From Candidatus Nitromaritima sp. SCGC AAA288-L16 (GTDB taxonomy: Bacteria > Nitrospinota > Nitrospinia > Nitrospinales > VA-1), in assembly GCA_000372225.1 (NCBI GenBank), contig AQTY01000001.1, positions 83,272 to 147,271 of the forward strand: a DNA stretch of 64,000 bases, read 5' to 3'. Below, in pieces: positions 28,962-38,891 of the stretch. Each line of letters starts with the position of its first letter. The first letter of the stretch is position 1. The notes under the pieces are model-generated. The model did no database searches, had not been told where the DNA came from, and was given only the letters and a program-made list of their open reading frames with translations. The position numbers were made by a program, and so were the translations under genes.

Positions 28962-30788
28962 ATGGGAATCTTTTATCTAAGTAAAAAAATCCAGTTTTTA
29001 CCCGTAATACATGGAAGCGCCTGCTTCACTCATATTATAAGAGACCGTTTATTATCATCTTCAACTGACTGTTTAGCAGTAAGCCTTCCTCCCGAATTTC
29101 AAACAACAGTAGAAGATGGAATTAATCGCCTACCACAAATCACTCTTTGCTCCCAGAAAGAATCATCGGGATCTTATAATTATGTTCCTATAGATCCTTG
29201 CCAGCCAGTCATTATGGGCCTTCGCATCGCTTCGCAAGAAGGAATCCCTAGAAAGTTTATAGATTATGGTTGCGATATCTATGAACCAAGAAAAATAAAC
29301 TTCCCTGATTCATACGCATTAAGACATATGTCGTATGAAAAATTTTGCGCTACTCTTTTACTCTCGATTAAACGCCCTGAAACTAACACGCTTCATGACA
29401 AAAGAGCGCGATGGATAGCCTACCAGCTTCATCAACTAGAATTTGATTTTAAGAATATAACTTTCATCTGTTCGATTCTAGACTGGCCTTGGATAAAAGA
29501 AGCTTATAATGAGAGAAAACCATACGATAAAATAATTTCACCTTTAAATAATCCAAAAATATTTGGGGTAGTAAAAGAAACACTCTTTTTTGCTCTGGCA
29601 GAATTTCCTTACATAACTTATCTGAATGAAATATATCGACAACAAATAAAGTCTGACAAAGAGGTTGTAGTTGACGGAATAAAAGAAATTCTTATAAAAG
29701 CTCGAAACATATTCACTAAAAAACATAAATTACGCTTTCATAATCTTACATCACAAACTTTCCAAACATACTTGCAGTACGTAAGAAATTTGACATTGAT
29801 GGAAAGCCGCTTAACACCAGATCTGTATACTTTAATAACAACTGCAAAACAATTCAGCGGCGACCCTTTCGCAATTGCTGTTCTTGAAGCGGCCAGAGAG
29901 TACCCATTTCAAGACCTTGAATCTACTAGTCTCGAACCTTTAGTGCTTGGAATCGATAAAGCTGTTGATAGTGGAAACAACCCTATTAATATGAAAAATC
30001 GCCTATCAGAAATTCAAACTGAATGGCGTGGAGTCAATCTAAAACCTGAACCTGATATAAAAAAACAAACTCAATGGAAATACAACTGGGATCCCTACGG
30101 TCAATGCTCCTGGCCACCAGAAGATGATCAAATAGAAAGCTTTAATACTCATGTTCGAGAGCAATCCAAATTACTTTTAAGCAATGACCTCGCAAGGTCC
30201 GAAAAGTTTACTTCCTCTATAAAAGATGGTGTAGACATGAGAGAATCACTTCGTCATTGGCACGAAGGTGATATCTACGTTAAAGAAATACCGCCTTCCC
30301 GCGGACGTGTTGAAATCGTTGTTTTTATTTTTGATATAGAACCCGATCCAAATAACTACCAATGGTGTCAAACTTGGTACGCCGAACATAACGAAGAATC
30401 AACATTATGTTTTTTTGCAACAAACTACATGAATGATATGGTCGGCCCTGGAGTGGGTCGTGCCACATATGGAGGATGCATGATGATCTATCCCCCTAGG
30501 CCAATACCTGACATCTGGAAAGATCCTAGAATTCATGCAGGAAAAACTTTAGAAGAAAAATTATTAGAAGCAGCCTTTTTTCATTCACAAGAAAAACATA
30601 TAGCAGTGGTTACGCCATGCCTCCCAAAATCAAACTGGCGAAAGCTTTCTCGCAAATATCACAAAAGTATTATCCACATTCCTTTAAAACGTTTCTCTAA
30701 TCAAACCATCGAAAAAGTTCGACGATTTCATGTCCTTAATGGAAAACAAATTAGATCCTTTGCAAATCATTTTATTCAAGATTTATAA
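28962..30788 (+). CDS. uncharacterised 608-aa partner of the AAA+ ATPase (possibly YehM/DUF5682-like)
   Basis: Starts 5 nt after the ATPase stop. No signal peptide/TM, no Walker motifs, and no DxSxS MIDAS motif that I can find. The N-terminus FLPVIHGSACFTHIIRDRL..CLAVSLPPEF recalls, from memory only, the DUF5682 N-terminus. Confidence 0.55.
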   Translation: MGIFYLSKKIQFLPVIHGSACFTHIIRDRLLSSSTDCLAVSLPPEFQTTVEDGINRLPQITLCSQKESSGSYNYVPIDPCQPVIMGLRIASQEGIPRKFIDYGCDIYEPRKINFPDSYALRHMSYEKFCATLLLSIKRPETNTLHDKRARWIAYQLHQLEFDFKNITFICSILDWPWIKEAYNERKPYDKIISPLNNPKIFGVVKETLFFALAEFPYITYLNEIYRQQIKSDKEVVVDGIKEILIKARNIFTKKHKLRFHNLTSQTFQTYLQYVRNLTLMESRLTPDLYTLITTAKQFSGDPFAIAVLEAAREYPFQDLESTSLEPLVLGIDKAVDSGNNPINMKNRLSEIQTEWRGVNLKPEPDIKKQTQWKYNWDPYGQCSWPPEDDQIESFNTHVREQSKLLLSNDLARSEKFTSSIKDGVDMRESLRHWHEGDIYVKEIPPSRGRVEIVVFIFDIEPDPNNYQWCQTWYAEHNEESTLCFFATNYMNDMVGPGVGRATYGGCMMIYPPRPIPDIWKDPRIHAGKTLEEKLLEAAFFHSQEKHIAVVTPCLPKSNWRKLSRKYHKSIIHIPLKRFSNQTIEKVRRFHVLNGKQIRSFANHFIQDL

Positions 30789-31036
30789 TAGTCCCCCTCC
30801 CTTTTCAACATAATCTCTTATACTTTTGCTTACATTTTATTCTTTGGGTAAAATAACCTTAAATTTAAACCATTAGGCTTGTTTACAATATTTCTGTATA
30901 ATTTCAATGAGTTACATGGTCACTATAGATCCATAATTAATTTGTCCGCTAAGTCTTATCTTCTCTCAATAGCACATCATTGAATTATCTTTTAACTCAA
31001 ATCTAAACCTTCATCTGTTAGTCAATACCAATCAAC

Positions 31037-32608
31037 ATGGAAAATAATCAAAAGCTAGGTCAGGCCGCAGGAACCGTTGGAGGCATGACACTCGTCTCTC
31101 GTCTACTAGGCTTGATTAGAGATCTTGTAATAGCAATGCAGTTTGGAGCAACTTCTGCGGCAGACGCTTTTTTTGTTGCATTCAGAATTCCTAATGTTCA
31201 ACGCAAGATACTAGGTGAAGGGGCTATTTCCGCGGCTTTTATCCCAGTTTTTACAGAAATCCGAAATCAAAAAGGAGAAGAGGACGCCTGGATAATGACT
31301 GCCAATTTATTTAATATTTTGTTGACTGTATTGATAACTTCTTCTCTGGCATTGGCAATATTTGCACCTTATATAATAATGGTTTTTGCGCCTGGATTCA
31401 TGCCAACCCCTGAAAAGTTCAACCTAACAGTTCTCCTAACTCAATGGATGGCTCCTTATTTTCTTTTTATAGGGTTGGCTGTTTTCTGCATGGGTATACT
31501 CAACACTTACAACATGTTTGCTTTACCAGCAATAACCCCAGCCATTCTGAATATATGCATGATCTTAGGCACACTGATAATTTCTCCCAACCTTGACCAA
31601 CCAGTTATAGGCCTAGCAATTGGAGTGATAACTGGGGGGTTTCTTCAATTCGTAATCCAAATACCAGCTATTTTCCGATGCGGATTCAAATTCATTCCAT
31701 CCATTGATTGGAAAAATCCTGAGGCTTTAAGAATTACCAAGCTGATGATTCCCGCTATATTCGGCTTGGCGATATACGAACTTAATATGTTGGTGGATAC
31801 CCTCCTTGCTTCCTTGCTTCCAGAAGGATCCATTTCTTATTTATATTATGGGAATCGTCTGGTGCAACTGCCTCTTGGTGTATTCGGCGTTGCACTAGGG
31901 GTTGCAATCTTACCAATGCTATCGCACCAGGTTGCAAATAAGGACTTCTCTGAAATGATAAAAACAATCGCTTTTGGAATTCGGTTGATTTTATTTATTA
32001 CAATCCCTGCAACTATTGGTCTTATCCTTCTAAGGTTTCCAATTGTGAACACATTATGGGAGAGAGGGGAGTTTAATCGTTTGACAACTGAAGGAACGAC
32101 CATTGCACTGCTCTATTATTCTGTTGGGCTATGTGCTTTTTGTGGAATCAAGGTCATTGTCCCAGCATTTTACTCGTTACAAGACACCAAGACGCCAGCA
32201 AAAGTTGGAATCTATTCCATTTTACTAAATATAATTCTTAATTTAATACTCATGGGCCCCTTAAAACATGGTGGACTAGCTCTAGCAACCTCGATATCTG
32301 CCCTGTTTAATGTGATTCTATTAATCTATTTACTTAGAAAACGAATTGGATTAATGGGGGGGCGAAAGATATTATCATCTGTGATCAAACTATTTTTCGT
32401 ATCGGGAGTCATGGGTATTGCAGTATATTTCTTTAATGTAACTTTTTTTGATCCTAATTCCAAATTAGTATTAAAACTTTTAATTCTTTCCGCAGATATT
32501 GCGATTGGCGTTTTAGTATACGCAGTCCTCTCACGCATAATACAAAATGAGGAATTGACATTCTTAATTGAGTTAACTCGCAAACGTAAAAATAAATCTT
32601 CTGCCTAA
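31037..32608 (+). CDS. murJ: lipid II flippase MurJ (MviN)
   Basis: GGMTLVSRLLGLIRDLVIAMQFGATSAADAFFVAFRIPN, about 14 TM helices, 523 aa. Confidence 0.9.
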   Translation: MENNQKLGQAAGTVGGMTLVSRLLGLIRDLVIAMQFGATSAADAFFVAFRIPNVQRKILGEGAISAAFIPVFTEIRNQKGEEDAWIMTANLFNILLTVLITSSLALAIFAPYIIMVFAPGFMPTPEKFNLTVLLTQWMAPYFLFIGLAVFCMGILNTYNMFALPAITPAILNICMILGTLIISPNLDQPVIGLAIGVITGGFLQFVIQIPAIFRCGFKFIPSIDWKNPEALRITKLMIPAIFGLAIYELNMLVDTLLASLLPEGSISYLYYGNRLVQLPLGVFGVALGVAILPMLSHQVANKDFSEMIKTIAFGIRLILFITIPATIGLILLRFPIVNTLWERGEFNRLTTEGTTIALLYYSVGLCAFCGIKVIVPAFYSLQDTKTPAKVGIYSILLNIILNLILMGPLKHGGLALATSISALFNVILLIYLLRKRIGLMGGRKILSSVIKLFFVSGVMGIAVYFFNVTFFDPNSKLVLKLLILSADIAIGVLVYAVLSRIIQNEELTFLIELTRKRKNKSSA

Positions 32609-32655
32609 AACACCATACAAAATAAGACCAAACAATCTAAAAAAGGAATATTATT

Positions 32656-33267
32656 ATGCTTGCATGTCTTGACCTTGAGGGAGTTTTGCTACCTGAAATA
32701 TGGATTGCTTTTGCAGAAAAAACAGGGATAGAACAACTTAAACTTACAACCAGAGAAATCCCCGATTACGACGAATTAATGCAAGGCCGGTTAAAAATTC
32801 TTAATGACAACAACCTAAAGCTAATAGACATACAAAATGTTATTAAAACATTATCACCACTGGCAGGAGCGATTGATTTTCTTGCTTGGCTGAAATCCGA
32901 ATTTCAAGTAATCATATTATCTGACACATTTTACCAGTTTGTAAGGCCTCTCATGAAGAGTCTTGATTATCCAACCCTATTCTGCAACGATCTCATTGTT
33001 AACAGTAAAGGGGACATAACAGGCTATCAACTAAGACAGAAGGATGGTAAAACTAAGGCGGTTTCAGCGTTAAAAAAACTAAACTTCAAAGTAATTGCAG
33101 CCGGAGACTCCTACAATGATACCGGGATGTTGCAAGAAGCAGATGCAGGGATTCTATTTTGCCCACCTGACAATGTTATTAAAGAGTTCCCACAATTTCC
33201 TGTTTCGCGAAATTATGCGGAATTTAAGAATACCCTTCTAGATTTGAGAGTCGCCCTAAAAAAATAA
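32656..33267 (+). CDS. thrH: phosphoserine phosphatase / homoserine phosphotransferase ThrH
   Basis: ACLDLEGVLLPEIWIAFAEKTGI...TTREIPDYDELMQGRLKIL...VIILSDTFYQF...GYQLRQKDGK...VIAAGDSYNDTGML...EFPQFP closely follows the Pseudomonas ThrH sequence as I recall it (HAD family). Confidence 0.8.
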   Translation: MLACLDLEGVLLPEIWIAFAEKTGIEQLKLTTREIPDYDELMQGRLKILNDNNLKLIDIQNVIKTLSPLAGAIDFLAWLKSEFQVIILSDTFYQFVRPLMKSLDYPTLFCNDLIVNSKGDITGYQLRQKDGKTKAVSALKKLNFKVIAAGDSYNDTGMLQEADAGILFCPPDNVIKEFPQFPVSRNYAEFKNTLLDLRVALKK

Positions 33268-33270
33268 AAG

Positions 33271-33786
33271 TTATTTTACGCTTTGAACTTCTGATTTAAT
33301 TAACCCACTGGCAATCCATCCTATTTTTTGAAACACGCGAACCTTTGTCCAGTCGCCTTTTTTCTCAATAAGAGTAAGATTCATCCCTTTCTTCACTATC
33401 GCAATAACATGCCCATCCAACGAAGGCTTTGAATGAACGTTTGCTGATGATGGTAATACCGTGTGTATTAACTCGAACCCATCATCTTGAATCTTTTTCC
33501 CATCGATCGATGATTGAACCTCCCTATCTTTATCTGTAAGAGAAACAAAATCATCAGTAAAAACGTCAAACTTAACTAGAGCAACACATACAAACAAAAA
33601 CATCAAGCCTGCAATGCGCACAACAGCTTGCTCTAACGAAATACCTATTTCTTCTGATTCTGTTTTTGGAAGATCTGGAGGTCCGCATTCAAAACAAAAA
33701 ATTGATTTCAGTAAAATTTTCGCACCACAGACAGAGCAAAAAGAGGTGGGTTTTGATTCTTCTGAATATTCTCGGCCAAAAGTCAT
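33271..33786 (-). CDS. zinc-ribbon / single-TM / SH3b-domain protein
   Basis: CSVCG...CFECG zinc ribbon, TM VVRIAGLMFLFVCVALV, and C-terminal bacterial SH3-like ANVHSKPSLDGHVIAIVKKGMNLTLIEKKGDWTKVRV. Confidence 0.55.
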   Translation of the reverse strand: MTFGREYSEESKPTSFCSVCGAKILLKSIFCFECGPPDLPKTESEEIGISLEQAVVRIAGLMFLFVCVALVKFDVFTDDFVSLTDKDREVQSSIDGKKIQDDGFELIHTVLPSSANVHSKPSLDGHVIAIVKKGMNLTLIEKKGDWTKVRVFQKIGWIASGLIKSEVQSVK

Positions 33787-33821
33787 TTAACAAAATGGGA
33801 AGGTCACACAGGTTTCAGTTG

Positions 33822-35339
33822 TTAGAGCTTATAAATTTCACTATATTTTTTTTTAAGATAGTCTATAAAAAAACATGGGTCTAGTTTTTCTCCAGTAACT
33901 TTTACAATAAGATCATCAGTTGAGTATAGTCGCCCTTTCTCATGAATATTGTCATTAAGCCATTTTTTCATACACGAGAAGTTTCCTCCCTTAATCTTTT
34001 TAGGAATATCGTTTATATCAAGCAACATCCTGGAATAAAACTGACACGCATACATAGCCCCAAGGGTGTAGGAAGGAAAGTAGCCAAATGCTCCTCCACT
34101 CCAATGTACATCCTGCAAGACTCCTTCAGAGTTAGAAGATGGCCTCACACCCAAATACTCTTCCATCTTATCATCCCAGACATCAGGTAGGTCTTTCACA
34201 CTAATGCTTTCGTCAAACAAACCCTTTTCGATCTCGTAACGAAGTATTATGTGCAGTGGATAAGTTACCTCATCCGCTTCTACCCGAATAAAAGACGGGT
34301 TACATCTATTAATGGCTGCATAAAGCTTATCTAAAGAAACACCTTGTAATGATTCTGGAAAGGTCTCCACAAAAAGGTTAAGATAAATATCACAAAAATA
34401 AATATTCTGCGCAATCATTCGCTCCCAAAACAAGGATTGAGACTCATGAATTGCCATGGTTAACGAATCAGAAACAGGTAAATCCAGAAAACCTGGCATT
34501 CTACCTTGTTCATATAACCCATGCCCTGTTTCATGTATTACCGCAAAAAGTGACTCAATAAAGTTTTCTGATCGATAGCGTGTTGTAATACGCACATCAG
34601 TCGGATGACCCCCTCCACAAAATGGGTGCACCGAAACATCCATGCGGCCCCTATCATAGTCAAACCCTATATCCTTACTGATAATTCTCCCCAAGGACTC
34701 TTGCTTATCAATTGGGAAATTACCTTTTAAAAAATCTACATCAGGATTAATAGATGATTTTCTAATTGCGTCAATGAGTGGAATTAATTCTTTTTTTAAT
34801 TTGTCAAAAATTGGAGTGAGGCGTTCCATCCTCATCCCTCGTTCAAAAACATCAATATTAGCATCGTAAGGATCTAGTTCTGGAAACGCAAATTCGGCCC
34901 ATTTCTTTTTTAAAATAATTAATCGCTCGAGAGTGGGAGCAAAATCTTCAAATTTATTTTCTTGCCTTGCCTTAGCCCATATTTGATGACCCCTGGAACT
35001 TAATTCTGCTATCTCCTGTATCAATTCTTTTGGAATTTTTGTTTCCAATTCATATTCACGCTTCGCTTCATAAATATTACATTTCTCGATCTCCGTGAAG
35101 TTATTTATATCGGCATTAACTAGTTCATCAATCAACTGGCCAAACTCCACATTAACAGATTTTTCATGTAAGACTCCCGCTAACGCTGCCATCTGCTTTG
35201 ACCGATTTTCTGCTGCCGCTATAGGCATAATGACTTCCTGATCCCAGTGCATGGTTGCCATTACACCACCTAACCTGCTGCGTTCTTTAAGCTTGATGAC
35301 TAACTGCTCATACACATCTTTTATTTTTTTGGGATTCAC
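33822..35339 (-). CDS. M32 carboxypeptidase (carboxypeptidase Taq family)
   Basis: HETGHGLYE (HExxH), HESQSLFWE, IRVEADEVTYPLHI, GVLQDVHWSGGAFGYFPSYTLG. Confidence 0.9.
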   Translation of the reverse strand: MNPKKIKDVYEQLVIKLKERSRLGGVMATMHWDQEVIMPIAAAENRSKQMAALAGVLHEKSVNVEFGQLIDELVNADINNFTEIEKCNIYEAKREYELETKIPKELIQEIAELSSRGHQIWAKARQENKFEDFAPTLERLIILKKKWAEFAFPELDPYDANIDVFERGMRMERLTPIFDKLKKELIPLIDAIRKSSINPDVDFLKGNFPIDKQESLGRIISKDIGFDYDRGRMDVSVHPFCGGGHPTDVRITTRYRSENFIESLFAVIHETGHGLYEQGRMPGFLDLPVSDSLTMAIHESQSLFWERMIAQNIYFCDIYLNLFVETFPESLQGVSLDKLYAAINRCNPSFIRVEADEVTYPLHIILRYEIEKGLFDESISVKDLPDVWDDKMEEYLGVRPSSNSEGVLQDVHWSGGAFGYFPSYTLGAMYACQFYSRMLLDINDIPKKIKGGNFSCMKKWLNDNIHEKGRLYSTDDLIVKVTGEKLDPCFFIDYLKKKYSEIYKL

Positions 35340-35576
35340 CCAACAACCTTTCTATAATTTTTTGCAAAAAACATGCGATATAATCGCGTTTCATCACAAA
35401 GCTAGTTTCGCAATCCATAAAACAATAAAACTGTCGAAAAAACGAGAGGTTTTAGGGTAGAAGAAGATTCTTAGAAAGAAGAATTAATGAGAGAGGGAGG
35501 GTGACGAAATAAAAAAGATTTGCCCAGCATCAATATTTTTTTATAACAAACAATAACGACTATTATCCTTAGCTTA

Positions 35577-35837
35577 TTAGTTAATAAGGTTTTCACCTTC
35601 TTCTTTTTTTAACATTTCAAAGCTTCCATCCTTTGATGAATCTATTTTTTTAAACTCCTCCCAATCATCTCGAAAAAAATTAAACCCCACAAAATTAATT
35701 GCTTGCATAATTTCAAGGTCTGAGTACCTACCTTCTCCACCGTCAACTTCTCTAATGCAGTCTTCGATTGACTCACATAATTTCACAAACTTTGTATCAT
35801 CAGACAACATTGAATCTTTCATAAAATCAAATGCCAT
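35577..35837 (-). CDS. hypothetical small acidic protein (86 aa)
   Basis: Intact ORF only. Confidence 0.35.
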   Translation of the reverse strand: MAFDFMKDSMLSDDTKFVKLCESIEDCIREVDGGEGRYSDLEIMQAINFVGFNFFRDDWEEFKKIDSSKDGSFEMLKKEEGENLIN

Positions 35838-35871
35838 GGAGTCCCCAATTTTAAAAAATTATAAAAATGAA

Positions 35872-36537
35872 TTAAGGCTTGGAGTAAAAAAAATTCACAG
35901 TAGAAACAAGATCCGTAATGGCCATTTTAATGGAGTTAAAATCCTTATTTCTCATTCTCGTTACTGTAAACAACGACCCACCAACCGCTACAGCAGAAGC
36001 ACCCGCCTTAAGGTACTCAACCACATTAGATAAATCAACACCACCTACTGCCATTAATAATAACTCATTAAATGGCCCGCGAACAGTATTAAAATAACTT
36101 GCACCCATTTGCGAGGCCGGGAAAACCTTGACCATCGTAGCACCAGCGCTCCACGCCTTTTCAATTTCCGTAGGAGTAAGCGCTCCAGGAAAATAAGCTA
36201 TATCGTTTTCAACACAAAACGCCGCCACATCAATACTTAACGTTGGCGATACAATAAATTGAGCCCCCGCATTGACCGCCTGTTTGACATCGGTTAACGA
36301 GAGAACCGTTCCTGCTCCAACGCAAAGATCTTCTGAAAACTGTTGAGACGCTGATTCAATCAGAGACAATGCTTCTTCTGTATTGAGAGTCAATTCAACA
36401 AATCTAAGCCCTCCGGTAACACAAGCATCCAACACACCTTGAATTGAGTCCTTGGGTACGCCACGAATAATACCAAGAACTGGGGACTCTTTGAATCGGC
36501 TCAGATTAAAAGTCGGTTTTCTTACCAAATCGTTCAA
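35872..36537 (-). CDS. eda: KDPG / 4-hydroxy-2-oxoglutarate aldolase
   Basis: VLGIIRG, GGLRFVELTLNT, GAGTVL, FIVSP, FPGALTPTEI, Schiff-base Lys context MVKVFPA, GGV. Confidence 0.85.
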   Translation of the reverse strand: MNDLVRKPTFNLSRFKESPVLGIIRGVPKDSIQGVLDACVTGGLRFVELTLNTEEALSLIESASQQFSEDLCVGAGTVLSLTDVKQAVNAGAQFIVSPTLSIDVAAFCVENDIAYFPGALTPTEIEKAWSAGATMVKVFPASQMGASYFNTVRGPFNELLLMAVGGVDLSNVVEYLKAGASAVAVGGSLFTVTRMRNKDFNSIKMAITDLVSTVNFFYSKP

Positions 36538-37484
36538 GCGCTATCACTCTGAGCAAGACTATCAAAAAAACCTAGATAGTCATCTTTGCTTTCTGATTTT
36601 CTCAGCTTCATCCCTGCTCTTGGATGCAAATCAAGAATTCCCGTGATCATATAAGGGATTGTATATCCCCATTCGATTTCATCCTTTAATTTCACAAAGT
36701 GGCTTTCCAGAATTTCCAGTATAGGACGTAAATCGTATTTAGGGTTTTTTAGAAAGCCAAGCAATAACTCCAATGGGCAGTTGCCAGCAGCACGACCAAT
36801 TCCAAAAATGGTTCCATCCAAATAGTTAACACTTTGTATAATTGCTTCTATTGTATTTGCAAAAGCCAATTGTTGATTATTATGCGCGTGAATACCTATT
36901 TCTTTTGTAGGCATTATTGACTTGTATTTTTTTGCTAAATGAGAAATCTGTTCAGAATAAAGAGCACCAAAACTATCCACAAGATACAAAGCATCGACAT
37001 TAGATTCTTTTTCTACTTGCATCAATGCCTCATCTAGTTCTCGTTCTCTAGCATGAGATACCGCCATCAGGTTTATTGTCGCCTCATAGCCCTTTGCTTT
37101 TATTTGATTTGCTAAATCAATTGCTTTATCAATATCTTTCACATAACTTGCCACACGCATCATATCAATCAAACTATCACTCTTCTGAGGTATTGTGGAA
37201 GGATCTACTCGGCCAATATCAACCATTACAGATATTTTACTTTTCACTTCCTCCCCATTAATAACTTTTTCAATATCTTTTTCACTACAAAACTTCATCG
37301 ATCCGTATTCACTTCTGGAAAATTGACTTTCGTCAGCCTTATAACCAAGTTCAACATAATCAACTCCTGAGCTATTAACCGCTCTAAAAACAGCGGACAG
37401 AAAATCATCAGTAAACAAATGATTATTCATAAGACCACCATCTCTGATCGTGCAGTCTAAAACCTTAATTTCTTTACGATACAT
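36534..37484 (-). CDS. DRE-TIM metallolyase (HMGL-like / pyruvate carboxyltransferase domain) aldolase
   Basis: VLDCTIRDGG, VDYVELGY, and the metal-binding GIHAHNNQQLAFANT. 316 aa. 4-nt overlap with eda. Confidence 0.75.
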   Translation of the reverse strand: MYRKEIKVLDCTIRDGGLMNNHLFTDDFLSAVFRAVNSSGVDYVELGYKADESQFSRSEYGSMKFCSEKDIEKVINGEEVKSKISVMVDIGRVDPSTIPQKSDSLIDMMRVASYVKDIDKAIDLANQIKAKGYEATINLMAVSHARERELDEALMQVEKESNVDALYLVDSFGALYSEQISHLAKKYKSIMPTKEIGIHAHNNQQLAFANTIEAIIQSVNYLDGTIFGIGRAAGNCPLELLLGFLKNPKYDLRPILEILESHFVKLKDEIEWGYTIPYMITGILDLHPRAGMKLRKSESKDDYLGFFDSLAQSDSA

Positions 37485-37719
37485 ACCAATCCTCTAAAAA
37501 AAGTATTCCTCGGTCAAACTAATATGGCATTTAAAAAGCGAGTGTAAGAGCTATAAAATAATTATATTTTGATTACTCAATCAGGTCAATCTATTAATTA
37601 AAATCAATACTTTACTCTATTAATTTTTTTCTAAATGAATTGGCATTGTAAGTGTTCCGTTGGGTGTTATATACTTGGCTTCTTTAGGCAACCTGCAACT
37701 ATTATTTTATTTTAAGGCT

Positions 37720-38142
37720 ATGAATTTTTGGCTTGTTAAACAAGAACCGTCCCAATATAGCTGGGATCAGTTTGTAATAGATAAAGAAACCTACTGGGAT
37801 GGAGTACGTAATTATCAGGCACGTAATAATCTTAAAAAAATGAAAATAGGTGATCTTGTTTTTTTCTATCACAGCGTCGTAGGAAAGGAAATTAAGGGAA
37901 TTGCGAAAGTATCTAAGGAGAATTACCCTGATCCAACCTCAGATAATCCAAACTGGGTGGTGGTAAACCTTAAGCCATACAAAGCGTTACTAGTACCGGT
38001 TACCCTCAACAATATCAAAAACCAACTAAAATTAAGCAACGTGGCCTTAATAAAACAATCCCGGCTATCTGTAATGCAGCTCACAAAATATGAATTTAAG
38101 TTTATTTTGAAGATGGGAAATACGAAACTTTCCGACTTATAA
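37720..38142 (+). CDS. EVE (PUA-like) domain protein
   Basis: MNFWLVKQEPSQYSWDQF...WDGVRNYQARNNLKKMKIGDLVFFYHS...IKGIAKV. I prefer the ATG at 37720 over the track start at 37660. Confidence 0.8.
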   Translation: MNFWLVKQEPSQYSWDQFVIDKETYWDGVRNYQARNNLKKMKIGDLVFFYHSVVGKEIKGIAKVSKENYPDPTSDNPNWVVVNLKPYKALLVPVTLNNIKNQLKLSNVALIKQSRLSVMQLTKYEFKFILKMGNTKLSDL

Positions 38143-38147
38143 GCCCA

Positions 38148-38834
38148 ATGCCTTTAAATAAGCGGAAAACTTTAAGAACTAAAAATATTTTTATATTTTT
38201 ACAATCAATTCTATTAACATCTTTTGTGTCAACAGCATTTGCGAGTCCGTCCTGCCATGAATTGTTCACCCCACTTATAAAAACTAACGATAGCATCGCC
38301 TTAAATGGAGGTCTATGGGGATATTTTGAGAAAGATCCATTCTTACGAAAATATTCAACGCAAGCCGTGCAACTTGACTCACGTATTAATAAAGTGTTCT
38401 TCCTTCTTAATTATCTTTGTGAAACAAAAAATGGTATCCCTTTTAATGATCTTGCAACTTATATATCGCGCAGTATTGCCAACAAAGGTGAACATGCATT
38501 TAAAGAAGAACTTATTATCTTAGGCAAGACCTCTAAACAAATTAAAAACTGGTTTAATTTTTTTAAGTTTGCGCAAAGTCATAGACTTCGAACCCTTAAC
38601 TCATCTACAATCCGGGCTACTATCAATAAAGCAATCCCTTTGATAAACAATTACGTGTCTTTAGAAAAAAATATTAATCAATCAAAGCAATCAAAAATTA
38701 TATTAGAAAATGCGGGGGCACTTATAATTAAAATTGATGGATTTCTTTCAAGCGATCCATATATCACTCAAGCTTTAGATGAAATTGCACATGTACCATA
38801 CTGGGATATCAACGAAAGTACTGGGGGATCCTGA
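38148..38834 (+). CDS. hypothetical secreted protein (228 aa)
   Basis: Signal peptide IFIFLQSILLTSFVSTAFA. No recognised domain. Confidence 0.5.
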   Translation: MPLNKRKTLRTKNIFIFLQSILLTSFVSTAFASPSCHELFTPLIKTNDSIALNGGLWGYFEKDPFLRKYSTQAVQLDSRINKVFFLLNYLCETKNGIPFNDLATYISRSIANKGEHAFKEELIILGKTSKQIKNWFNFFKFAQSHRLRTLNSSTIRATINKAIPLINNYVSLEKNINQSKQSKIILENAGALIIKIDGFLSSDPYITQALDEIAHVPYWDINESTGGS

Positions 38835-38891
38835 ATAAGTCGTGTCAACTACAAATAATATAATCACAAAAATACTAACTGAAAGGGTCCA

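Noticed and set aside
30670-30678. Perfect DnaA box TTATCCACA (and its complement TGTGGATAA at 49191-49199), considered as oriC evidence
   Set aside because: Both are single, isolated, intragenic occurrences. About 2 are expected by chance in 128 kb of two-strand sequence. There is no cluster, AT-rich DUE or dnaA/dnaN context.
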